The translations under genes were made by a program, and so were the position numbers. Of a DNA stretch of 49,216 bases, positions 38,770 to 47,238 are shown in pieces. Below the pieces are notes generated by a model. It was not told the DNA's origin. It ran no database searches and saw only the letters and a program-made list of their open reading frames with translations. Origin of the DNA: a bacterium (GTDB taxonomy: Bacteria > Patescibacteriota > Microgenomatia > JAADGY01). How positions within the stretch are numbered: position 1 is the stretch's first letter; every line of letters begins with the position of its first letter. The stretch is taken from positions 1 to 49,216 of the forward strand of contig JALVIH010000052.1 in the NCBI GenBank assembly GCA_027028625.1, read 5' to 3'.

Positions 38770-39783
38770 TTAATCATTATTCCTCATAGCCGAACCTACT
38801 GCCTGGGCATAGAAATAAGGATATTTCTTCACTTCTTCAGGCATATTAAGAATAAAATCTTCAAATGTAGGCAAGCTTATTTCTAAGTTAACCTGACTAC
38901 TTAAATAAACACTCATCCCAGGCAAGGCGGCCCCACCTCCAACTACAATTACTTCTTTGACCTTTTCAGCTAATATCTTATCCTCAAAGAAAGCAATTAA
39001 GCGTTTTATCTCTTCTGCTAATTGATCCAGGGCCATTGTTAAAATACCAGCCAACTTGCCCTCAAACTGTTTTTTATCCAAACCATAGGTCATCTTTAAC
39101 TTATTAGCCTGAACCTCATCTATATTAAGAGTCCGAGCCACTAAACGATCCAAGCTTTGGCCAGAAAGGTCTATCTTCCGACTTATATAAAGCCTACCTT
39201 CTTTAGCAATACCCAAGCTAAACTGGCTATGACCTAAATCAATAATTAAGACCGGTTCTTTTTTACCAAAACTAACCGACCGGGCTAAAGCCCCCATTGA
39301 GTTTTCCAATACTTCTATAATTAAGCCATAGTCAACGCTTAAATCTAAAATCTCATCAACTCTCTTCCGGGGAACTGCAGCCACAAAAATAAGCTGGCGG
39401 ACTTTCTTATCCTTCTCCACTTTTCCCAAACGGCTAAAAGAGTAATAAACATCATCCACCTTTAGAGGAAGGTACTGCTCCAACTCGAACTTTAAAGCCT
39501 GGTTAAGCTCATAATCAGAAAGAGACGGCATAACTAAAGTCCGACTGTAAATCTCCCCTTCACTCAGAGCAGTATTAATATTATTTCCACCTAATTTATA
39601 TTTTGACCAGACATTATTCAAAAATTTCTTGGCCTCTTTAATTTCTGCTTGTCGCTTAAGAAACCACTGTAGTTGATGGACTTCCATTCCTCCACTCACC
39701 CATTGATATTTCCCTTCTTTTTCCATCAACTGGAGCTGGGCCGCCTTAAAAACCTGTGATCCAAAATCAATACCTATTGCCAT
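38770..39783 (-). CDS. pilM: Type IV pilus assembly protein PilM
   Basis: GIDFGS, EQYLPL, IDLG, VGGGAALPG, AVGSAMR actin-like motifs. Confidence 0.9.
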   Translation of the reverse strand: MAIGIDFGSQVFKAAQLQLMEKEGKYQWVSGGMEVHQLQWFLKRQAEIKEAKKFLNNVWSKYKLGGNNINTALSEGEIYSRTLVMPSLSDYELNQALKFELEQYLPLKVDDVYYSFSRLGKVEKDKKVRQLIFVAAVPRKRVDEILDLSVDYGLIIEVLENSMGALARSVSFGKKEPVLIIDLGHSQFSLGIAKEGRLYISRKIDLSGQSLDRLVARTLNIDEVQANKLKMTYGLDKKQFEGKLAGILTMALDQLAEEIKRLIAFFEDKILAEKVKEVIVVGGGAALPGMSVYLSSQVNLEISLPTFEDFILNMPEEVKKYPYFYAQAVGSAMRNND

Positions 39784-39803
39784 CCCTCCTCCTTTTTTTA
39801 CTA

Positions 39804-40724
39804 TTAGTCAACTTCCAAACTGGTTCCACTATACAAAGCATAATCAAATATGGCTGGGAGGATAGGGAATGATTTAAAGGCTTCCAATCGCTGCACCGAT
39901 GAATTAGCCGCTTCACCACCGGCCTGAGAAGTAATCTTATACCCCTGAGTTGGGTAGTAATAGTCTCCTGTTTTATCACTTGGAACCGCAAATCCAAGTG
40001 GGTGACGAACCTGACCGTTAAAGAGGAATCTTACTCTTAAAAATAAAGGAGTCTTAACAGACGCAAAACGTGAACCAAAACTTATTGAATTTAAACCAAA
40101 GTTAATTGTTGCTCGATAAGCAAACCTCTTTTTGCCAAATGTCGTTCGATAAGTTGTACTTCCAACACTTTGAACATTAGTAGAGAAGTTACCTCGACCT
40201 TGGGCATCAAAAGCATATCTTTTGGATTTAATTTGATCTCCATCTTTATAATAAAAAGTCACCTCAATACCTGGTTGGTTCTCCGCTGGTGCCCCATTAC
40301 TCTTAACCCGACCCCAGAGAAGGTCAATACTCCCAACATTGTAATACTTACTTTCGTCTAAAGAGTGGTTCGAGTCGTCATATTGAACTAAGAAAAATTG
40401 GCGAACATCATCTTGAGCTAAACCATCAGGAAAAGTAAAAACAATATACTTATTCCATTGAGCCTTTTTGGTAATAACACTAACATTAACATTACCCACA
40501 TTTATCTGTGTTTCTCCTTGGGTTAAAAAGGCCTGAGGATTATTAAGCACTTTCTCCAATCCAGCTTCTGCTGCCGAAAAGGAACGCAGTTCTTTCTGGG
40601 ATTCAGTAGAGATCTTAACATCCTTCAAACTCCGCGAGATTAAAGCCAAGACAATAGTTGAAACTACTACTACAAAAAGGAGCCCAATAATTAAAGCTTG
40701 TCCTTTTAGTCTCTTTATTGTCAT
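39804..40724 (-). CDS. PilX-like minor pilin
   Basis: KGQALIIGLL...SFSAAEAGLE. Confidence 0.8.
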   Translation of the reverse strand: MTIKRLKGQALIIGLLFVVVVSTIVLALISRSLKDVKISTESQKELRSFSAAEAGLEKVLNNPQAFLTQGETQINVGNVNVSVITKKAQWNKYIVFTFPDGLAQDDVRQFFLVQYDDSNHSLDESKYYNVGSIDLLWGRVKSNGAPAENQPGIEVTFYYKDGDQIKSKRYAFDAQGRGNFSTNVQSVGSTTYRTTFGKKRFAYRATINFGLNSISFGSRFASVKTPLFLRVRFLFNGQVRHPLGFAVPSDKTGDYYYPTQGYKITSQAGGEAANSSVQRLEAFKSFPILPAIFDYALYSGTSLEVD

Positions 40725-40789
40725 TATTTATAGCATAACGCAGAGCAAGAATAATTGTCAACTTAAACTCCTTATGTTACAATTCTTTT

Positions 40790-41047
40790 ATGTTAACTCT
40801 AAAACTAAGGAGAAGCGGTCGAAAAGGACTGCCTTTTTATCATCTAGTCGTTGCAGAAAAAAGATCTAAAGTCTTGGGTAAATTCCGAGACAAGATAGGT
40901 TACTATAACCCCCTTGATGAGAAGGATGGCTTTAAGCTCGACCAGAAAAAACTCACTTATTGGTTGTCTCAAGGAGTTATACTAAGTGAGGGCATTAGAA
41001 AATTATTTAAACATTTTAAGGTAAAAACAAATGTCGGAACTAACTGA
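40790..41047 (+). CDS. rpsP: 30S ribosomal protein S16
   Basis: LKLRRSGRKGLPFYHLVVAE, IGYYNP, YWLSQG. Confidence 0.96.
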   Translation: MLTLKLRRSGRKGLPFYHLVVAEKRSKVLGKFRDKIGYYNPLDEKDGFKLDQKKLTYWLSQGVILSEGIRKLFKHFKVKTNVGTN

Positions 41048-41390
41048 TTTTCTCAACTTCCTTATCTCTTCTTTTATTGGAAAAGATGAGTATCAACTCA
41101 GCCAAAGCGAAAATAATGGGGTAATTAACTACCAACTCCAGGTAAAGCCAGAAAAGGCTGGTTTAATAATCGGCCGCCAGGGAAGAACTATTAAAGCTAT
41201 TCGTCGCTTATTACAGATTAAGGCCAGTCAAGAAAAGCTCCATGTTTACCTTCAAGTAAACTCGCCTAACGACCAGAATCAACTTAAAAAGGAAGAAGAA
41301 ATTCCTTCAAGAGAAGAGGGCAAAGAGCTAAGTAGGAGTGAAGAAAAAGTTCAAGAGCTAGCCGAATTGGTCAACGACTCAGACAATTAA
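41031..41390 (+). CDS. khpA: KH-domain RNA-binding protein KhpA
   Basis: GLIIGRQGRTIKAIR; follows rpsP. Confidence 0.88.
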   Translation: MSELTDFLNFLISSFIGKDEYQLSQSENNGVINYQLQVKPEKAGLIIGRQGRTIKAIRRLLQIKASQEKLHVYLQVNSPNDQNQLKKEEEIPSREEGKELSRSEEKVQELAELVNDSDN

Positions 41391-42685
41391 TAAGCTCCGC
41401 GGCCAGTCAAAACTATCCACGGCGTCCGAAGGAGAATCCAAAGGTCAAATAATAAACTTCGGTTAGCCACATAATAAAGGTCATACTCAATATTTTTCTT
41501 AAGAGGCAGATCTTTCCGCCCCAAAATCTGCCAAAGTCCAGTCAACCCTGGTTTAGCTTGAAGACGGATCTTTTGCCAGCGGCGGTATCTATCCACCTCC
41601 ATCTTCATTTCCGGCCGTGGTCCAACCAAACTCATCTCTCCTTTAAGGATATTTATCAACTGAGGCAACTCATCTAAACTGCTCCGCCGTAGCCAGCGGC
41701 CCCAAAAGTATATCCGCGGGTCTTGAGCAGAATGGGGCGATCGAGCTTCCTTTGGTTTCCCTTTCATTGTCAAGAACTTATACATCTTAAAGAGTTTACC
41801 TTGATAACCAACTCTCCATAAGCCGATAATCGGCCAGCGGCCACTTTGGCTAAAAATAAAGAATCCTACTACTAACCAAAGAGGAAAGGTAAGGACCAAA
41901 AGAAAAGAGGATAAAATAATATCGCCAACTCTTTTCAGCCAGGAGTAGATAGTTGAAGGGGGGGTAAAACTTAAGCGGGGTAGGGAATCATAATAAAGAT
42001 GCAAACTGGGGTCAGTGAAGATACGAGGAAAAAAATTAAGAGTCAAACTAACCTTTTTAATCTCCGACTGATGCTTCTCCAACCAAGAGAAAATTTCCTC
42101 CGGCGAAAGATTAGAATCAGTGATAATTATTTCATCATAACTTTTTTTTAGACTAGAAGGCAGATTAGCTCTAACTTCTATCTTAGGCTGAAAAATAAAG
42201 TCAGCCACTAAACTGCGTCTTAATCGGTCACTGACTTGACTCCGGCCGATTATCAAGAATGAGGGTTGGAAGGCTGAGGCTATTTGCTTGCTGATAAACA
42301 GGTGAAGAAGAGGTAGAAAAACTAAAAGAAACAACCACCAACTTAGGACTACTATTCGGGAAAAGTCGTACTTGACCAGGTAACTTCCACTCATTAGAAG
42401 AATGCCAAAAAGAAAAGCACTCTCCCAAACTCTCCAGAAATACCTCTCCCGTTTTCGCTTAAAGATTAACTGCCAATTGTAGATGCCTTTCAGCCAGCCC
42501 AAGAAAGAAAAAAGAAACAATGAACCAAGGAGGAGATAGCCATACATCTCAGGCGGTTGGATAACATCATACCACCCAGTTAAAACCCGCTGGCGAAGGA
42601 AGTAGGCAAAAGCCAAACCTAGACTAAGTAACAACCAACCAAGAACCAGAAAAATTCCAACTATTCCTTTTTCTCCTATCTTCAT
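41387..42685 (-). CDS. Polyprenyl-phosphate glycosylphosphotransferase (WcaJ/WbaP family)
   Basis: KRVGDI, FKMYKF, SLDELPQLINILKGEMSLVGPRP, KPGLTGLWQ. Confidence 0.92.
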   Translation of the reverse strand: MKIGEKGIVGIFLVLGWLLLSLGLAFAYFLRQRVLTGWYDVIQPPEMYGYLLLGSLFLFSFLGWLKGIYNWQLIFKRKRERYFWRVWESAFLFGILLMSGSYLVKYDFSRIVVLSWWLFLLVFLPLLHLFISKQIASAFQPSFLIIGRSQVSDRLRRSLVADFIFQPKIEVRANLPSSLKKSYDEIIITDSNLSPEEIFSWLEKHQSEIKKVSLTLNFFPRIFTDPSLHLYYDSLPRLSFTPPSTIYSWLKRVGDIILSSFLLVLTFPLWLVVGFFIFSQSGRWPIIGLWRVGYQGKLFKMYKFLTMKGKPKEARSPHSAQDPRIYFWGRWLRRSSLDELPQLINILKGEMSLVGPRPEMKMEVDRYRRWQKIRLQAKPGLTGLWQILGRKDLPLKKNIEYDLYYVANRSLLFDLWILLRTPWIVLTGRGAY

Positions 42686-42686
42686 T

Positions 42687-43871
42687 CTAAGCCTCCAGAC
42701 TTTTCTCTATTGTCCTCTTTAAACTATCTAGGCTGTAGTTCTTTTTAACCCATTCTAACTCTTTTCGGCGGAACAGTTCTTGCTTTTGAGGACTAGACAA
42801 TAACTCAACTACTTTATCAGCAGCTTTATCTACCCTCTTTACTACCGCTACTGTTCCTCTTCCAATTTCTAAACCTTCCAAAATATCTTTATGGGCAACA
42901 ATAGGCAAACCAGCCGCAGCTGCTTGAAGAATTTTATTCCGACTGCCCGCCGGAGTTGTTCCCCAAGCTAAATAAAGACTGGCCTGGCTCAGAAATTCAC
43001 TCAAGTCTGGTAAATAACCCACAACCCTAACTCCCTTCCAACCAGCCTTCTTCTTCAACTCAACCACTGGATGCGGACCAGCAATAATTAACTCAGCCTG
43101 AGGCAGACGATAATGAACTTGAGGCCAAATCTTTTCGATTACTTCCAGGGCTGGGCGGTAGTTTATCGCCTTATCCATTAAACCGGAAATAACTACTTGC
43201 AACTTTTTCTTTCCCTTTGTTCTTCCCCTCTGTTTTTTTCTTTTCAAGTCAACTACATTCGGCCAAACCCACACTCTTTTTACTCCAACTTTTTCTTGAA
43301 GGTACTGACCGTCCCGCCGGCTGGCGACGATCCAAGTTAAATCGGGATGATTACTCTTGGTCTGCTTTTCCAAACGCTGGTAGGTTAAATACTCATGCCA
43401 ACCAATCAGTTTCTCCTTCCATCCTGCCACTTGCCGATAGTTTTTGTAAAACAAACTCATAGCATCAGTCGTATCCAAGAGGGTAGGGTAGTAGTTAAGA
43501 AGTTGGCCAGCAAAAGCTAGGCTGCGAAGGCGCTTAACGTACAAAAGGTCAGGCTGGACTTTTTGGGCAAATTTTTCCATCTTTTGCTTAACTTCTCTAT
43601 CTTTAAGAAACAAGTACTCCCAAGGGTAAAAGGGCCAAAGGTAAAAGTTTCGCCAAATCCTTTTCATTCCTCGCGAGAAGGAACACTCAAACAAGAAGTA
43701 TCCTTCAACCATTCTCTTTACCGACTCCACAAACTTTTTCTCCTCCGGATGGACTAAAAGGCTAAAAAGGTAAACTTGATGCCCTAATTGATTAAAGGCT
43801 TTAAGTAAATTCAAGCTGCGAATTCGGTGTAACTCCGACGGCCACGACGGCGTAACCATTAATATCTTCAT
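42687..43871 (-). CDS. GT4-family glycosyltransferase
   Basis: GT-B features: PNVVD, NKILQAAAAGLPIV. Confidence 0.85.
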   Translation of the reverse strand: MKILMVTPSWPSELHRIRSLNLLKAFNQLGHQVYLFSLLVHPEEKKFVESVKRMVEGYFLFECSFSRGMKRIWRNFYLWPFYPWEYLFLKDREVKQKMEKFAQKVQPDLLYVKRLRSLAFAGQLLNYYPTLLDTTDAMSLFYKNYRQVAGWKEKLIGWHEYLTYQRLEKQTKSNHPDLTWIVASRRDGQYLQEKVGVKRVWVWPNVVDLKRKKQRGRTKGKKKLQVVISGLMDKAINYRPALEVIEKIWPQVHYRLPQAELIIAGPHPVVELKKKAGWKGVRVVGYLPDLSEFLSQASLYLAWGTTPAGSRNKILQAAAAGLPIVAHKDILEGLEIGRGTVAVVKRVDKAADKVVELLSSPQKQELFRRKELEWVKKNYSLDSLKRTIEKSLEA

Positions 43872-43907
43872 CCTTCCCTATCTTACCACCTCTATCTCAT
43901 CCCTTTG

Positions 43908-43940
43908 AGGTTAACAGAGGTAACCAACCTCGGAGGTTGA
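43908..43940 (+). repeat. 33-bp direct repeat with CAACCTCGGAGGTTG hairpin, copy A
   Basis: Matches 46363-46395 with one mismatch. Confidence 0.9.
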
Positions 43941-43965
43941 TTTTTAAAAGTGATATAAATAAAGT

Positions 43966-44523
43966 ATGAGAGTAAAAGCAGGTTTTTTGGTTTTTACTCT
44001 GTTAGTTTTAATTGGTTATTTAGCCTTAAAAATGTTCGGCAGTCCTTCGAATACAAATACAAATCTCCAACCAAAATTAAGAAGTTCGCTCATTGTCTCT
44101 TCACCAGCCTTTAAGTCGGGGAATTTTATTCCCATCAAATACACCTGCAAGGGGCAGAATATAAATCCACCCTTAGAAATTAAGAATCTACCTCCACAAG
44201 CTAAAAGCTTAGCTTTAATAGTTGAAGATCCAGACGCCCCAATGGGGACCTGGGACCACTGGATAGTCTATAACATCCCTCCAACCACTTCTATTGCTGA
44301 GGACAGCTTACCACCAGGCAGCAAACAAATTACCAACAGCTTTGGCTATCAAAAATACGGCGGACCTTGTCCACCACCTGGTAATCCCCATCGCTATTTT
44401 TTCAAGGTCTATGCTTTAGACGCCATTCTGCCAGCTAACATTTCTACAAAAGCCGAACTTCTAGAGGCTATAGCTCCTCATCTCCTCGCCTCCGGCCAAC
44501 TTATTGGCAAGTTCGGGAGGTAA
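43966..44523 (+). CDS. YbhB/YbcL (PEBP, Raf kinase inhibitor-like) protein with N-terminal signal/TM
   Basis: DPDAP, HWIVYNIP, YGGPCPP, HRYFFKVYALD. Confidence 0.93.
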   Translation: MRVKAGFLVFTLLVLIGYLALKMFGSPSNTNTNLQPKLRSSLIVSSPAFKSGNFIPIKYTCKGQNINPPLEIKNLPPQAKSLALIVEDPDAPMGTWDHWIVYNIPPTTSIAEDSLPPGSKQITNSFGYQKYGGPCPPPGNPHRYFFKVYALDAILPANISTKAELLEAIAPHLLASGQLIGKFGR

Positions 44524-44537
44524 GAAAGGGAATTGCT

Positions 44538-44630
44538 ATGAAACTCAATTCTTTGTACGTGACTGTCCTACAGCTCTTTTAATTCCGTGATAGTGAAGGG
44601 AATGTTTTAGAAATGTATGAGATGGACTAA
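44538..44630 (+). pseudogene. Collapsed VOC/glyoxalase-family gene remnant
   Basis: Reads MKLNSLYVTVLQLF*FRDSEGNVLEMYEMD*; C-terminus matches the VOC F.D.xGN.LE motif. Confidence 0.55.
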
Positions 44631-44657
44631 GATGGACAAAAAGCCAGAAAAGTTCAT

Positions 44658-45155
44658 TTATTCGGCGGTCTCTAAATCCCGTTCCAAAATCAAAGTATAA
44701 TTCTTAAAGCCATTAGCTCTATAGAACTTAATAGCTTTCTTGTTTGACGCAGAAGCCTCTACTTTAACTTTACTAATCTTCTTAGACTCACACCATCTAA
44801 CAAACTCATTCAGCAATTGCTTACCAATTCCTCTAGATCTAAAAGGTTTTAAAATAAACATATTTTCCAGCTCTGCAACGCTAGGTAAATTTCTGTAGGA
44901 TTCTACTTTCTTAATACCTCCACATAGATAACCAACAATCTCATCTTCAACAACTGCAACTAAAACACAACCATCATTCCTTAAGATTCTCTCTCGAAAA
45001 TATTTAGTTCCTTCTTTTCCAAAAGTCCAGTTTAAATTCAAAAGAGGATCGTAATCTCTATATTCCTTTTCAAAAAGTTTCAGGTTGAGTTCCTGGACCT
45101 TTTCTAAATCATCTATAGTTGCAACCCTAATTGTTACCTTCATACCTGCCTGCAC
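44658..45155 (-). CDS. GNAT family N-acetyltransferase (start could be ATG 45143)
   Basis: FRSRGIGKQL, NKKAIKFYRANGF. Confidence 0.9.
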   Translation of the reverse strand: MQAGMKVTIRVATIDDLEKVQELNLKLFEKEYRDYDPLLNLNWTFGKEGTKYFRERILRNDGCVLVAVVEDEIVGYLCGGIKKVESYRNLPSVAELENMFILKPFRSRGIGKQLLNEFVRWCESKKISKVKVEASASNKKAIKFYRANGFKNYTLILERDLETAE

Positions 45156-45231
45156 CTTAGTTAAAGTATAATATCCTCTTCAATGATATGCTCGCCTTAT
45201 TTGTTTCAAAACTTCACTTTAAAAGAACCAC

Positions 45232-46275
45232 TTACCCTAATTGACTCATTAGGTGCTTAACTTGATGACGAGTGGAGGTTACGAGATACTCCGCAACGGG
45301 GTTCTTTTCATCTATATAACAAAAACTGTCCAGAAGCAAGCCAGAGATTGCTCGTTCCAAAAGAGCCGCTAAAATCAACCTCTTTTCTTCTTCACCATCC
45401 GCTAACGAGTAAATCTCCTCTAACCAGAGTTGGCGTTGATTCTCAATTTGCTGAGGGGTAATCTCCTTCACTTCAGCCAAGCTGTACATAAACCAATGAT
45501 AGCCGAAAACAGCGTCATAAAAGGGCCACTTCCATTTCCAAAAAAGATTAGAAAAAAGAACTACTGTCCCATCTCTAGCTTTAATCAAATCTTCCACTGA
45601 AAAATGTCCATGCTGAAAAACTAGTTTCTCCCTCTGCCAAACTTTTTCCAGTAATCTGGCTGCTTCAAGGGCCAATTGATAATCTTCCCGCGGCCGGCGA
45701 TAGGGATTATTGGGTTTGATCTTCTCTGCCGTAGCTACCAACTGATCAACTCCTTGCTTTGGCGGGGGCAACTGCTGAGTCCGAGGCAACCAAGGATGAT
45801 TAAGACAATTCCTTTTGTATGCCCGGTAAAAATTAAAAAACTCCTGAATTTTCTCTCGCGACTGGAGTTGGCCACTAGCCACAACTTTTGGGCCATCTAC
45901 ATACTCAAGGATTAAAACCTCATAGCCCAATTTAGCCTGCCACGGTTGGTGAAAGAATAAATGAGGAGGTCGGATTATTTTTGACCTATTCTGGCGGGAG
46001 AACTTCTCAATCATAACCGCTTCAGAAATTCTTGGTCTAGCTGCCTGAATTTTCAAAACAGCTTTTTTCTTCTTAAATGTACCAAGATAGTGAAAAGCCC
46101 CGACCTTACCACTGCCGAAATAATCTGAACGCCAAAGGAGCTTTATGGGGATAAAGCCTGTTTGTTTAGCTACTGCCAGGAGAATTTCTTTTTCTCTAAC
46201 TCCAACATCAACTCCCTGATGAAAATCAGAAAAAGTATCAACTGCCCTGGTCGCACTTCCTTTTCTTCTCACCAT
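45232..46275 (-). CDS. APH/protein-kinase-like fold protein with atypical catalytic motifs
   Basis: AVLKI, ISEA, LILEYVDG, FQHGHF, FYDA. Confidence 0.65.
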   Translation of the reverse strand: MVRRKGSATRAVDTFSDFHQGVDVGVREKEILLAVAKQTGFIPIKLLWRSDYFGSGKVGAFHYLGTFKKKKAVLKIQAARPRISEAVMIEKFSRQNRSKIIRPPHLFFHQPWQAKLGYEVLILEYVDGPKVVASGQLQSREKIQEFFNFYRAYKRNCLNHPWLPRTQQLPPPKQGVDQLVATAEKIKPNNPYRRPREDYQLALEAARLLEKVWQREKLVFQHGHFSVEDLIKARDGTVVLFSNLFWKWKWPFYDAVFGYHWFMYSLAEVKEITPQQIENQRQLWLEEIYSLADGEEEKRLILAALLERAISGLLLDSFCYIDEKNPVAEYLVTSTRHQVKHLMSQLG

Positions 46276-46362
46276 CAGTGACTAAGTATAACAAGTTATA
46301 AACCCCTTTACATTGCTTGCTTTCTATCTCCAAAAACACCAACTAAACTATCAACCTTTCCA

Positions 46363-46395
46363 AGGTTAACAGAGATAACCAACCTCGGAGGTTGA
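46363..46395 (+). repeat. 33-bp direct repeat, copy B
   Basis: AGGTTAACAGAGATAACCAACCTCGGAGGTTGA. Confidence 0.9.
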
Positions 46396-46459
46396 ATATT
46401 TTGGGATATAATATACAACACTAGCAAAATGGTATTATAATAAATGTTATAAGAACAAA

Positions 46460-47218
46460 ATGAGTACCGAGGTAAATAGACCACCATTAAGGGTTGCCCA
46501 TCAAGAAAGAGTTTGGAATGTACAGAATAGACTAGAACAGTCATCTCTAGAACCTCAAAAACTAATAATGGGGGAGGGTGTTTGGGAAGACCTCTCTCAA
46601 ATGGCTATTCTTACTGCAGCATATAGCCCAATAGTACAAATAACACTCCCTCTATTAACCCCCTTTGAGATGAAAGAGATGACTGATGGAGAATGGAGGG
46701 CATTCAGACAAACTGCTAAATTGTTTAGACAATCTGTTAGAGCATTAAGCAATCCTAATTTAGCTCCAAAAGCAAGAGAAGAATGGCAAAGAAGACAAGA
46801 TGAAACAATGGAGGCAATTGCAGGTTTCATTCAAATTAAACCAGGCATAGAGATACAAACCTATCCAGACAGAAGGCTTGGTGGAAATGGGAATATACGA
46901 ACAATAGATGCCTCACCACTAGATCTATCTCAAGAATACTCATCTTCTAGTCCTTCTCCCCATTTCGATTCTTTAGGACTAGCAGGAAAGGTAACAAGGC
47001 TCGGCCTCAGTGGATTGGCTGCTGTTAGCCCAACAGTTCCTCCTCATCAACCTGGAACTTACACTGTTCAAGGCCTTCAACATCCTAGAGTTGTTGCAGA
47101 TGAGATTCCATCAACCCATCAACCCACACCGCAAGTACGAGAGGCAATAAAAAACCTAGCACTACAATTACCAGATGAGGCTATTGAGTTTCTAAAAAAG
47201 ATCTACCTGAGGAACTAA
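46460..47218 (+). CDS. Hypothetical protein
   Basis: 252-aa ORF, no recognised motif. Confidence 0.7.
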   Translation: MSTEVNRPPLRVAHQERVWNVQNRLEQSSLEPQKLIMGEGVWEDLSQMAILTAAYSPIVQITLPLLTPFEMKEMTDGEWRAFRQTAKLFRQSVRALSNPNLAPKAREEWQRRQDETMEAIAGFIQIKPGIEIQTYPDRRLGGNGNIRTIDASPLDLSQEYSSSSPSPHFDSLGLAGKVTRLGLSGLAAVSPTVPPHQPGTYTVQGLQHPRVVADEIPSTHQPTPQVREAIKNLALQLPDEAIEFLKKIYLRN

Positions 47219-47238
47219 TCAAGATCATTGACGAAGCA

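Noticed and set aside
34063..40724. Type IV pilus cluster as a novel system
   Set aside because: A pilM/N/O-pilD-pilin cluster is standard for this kind of genome.
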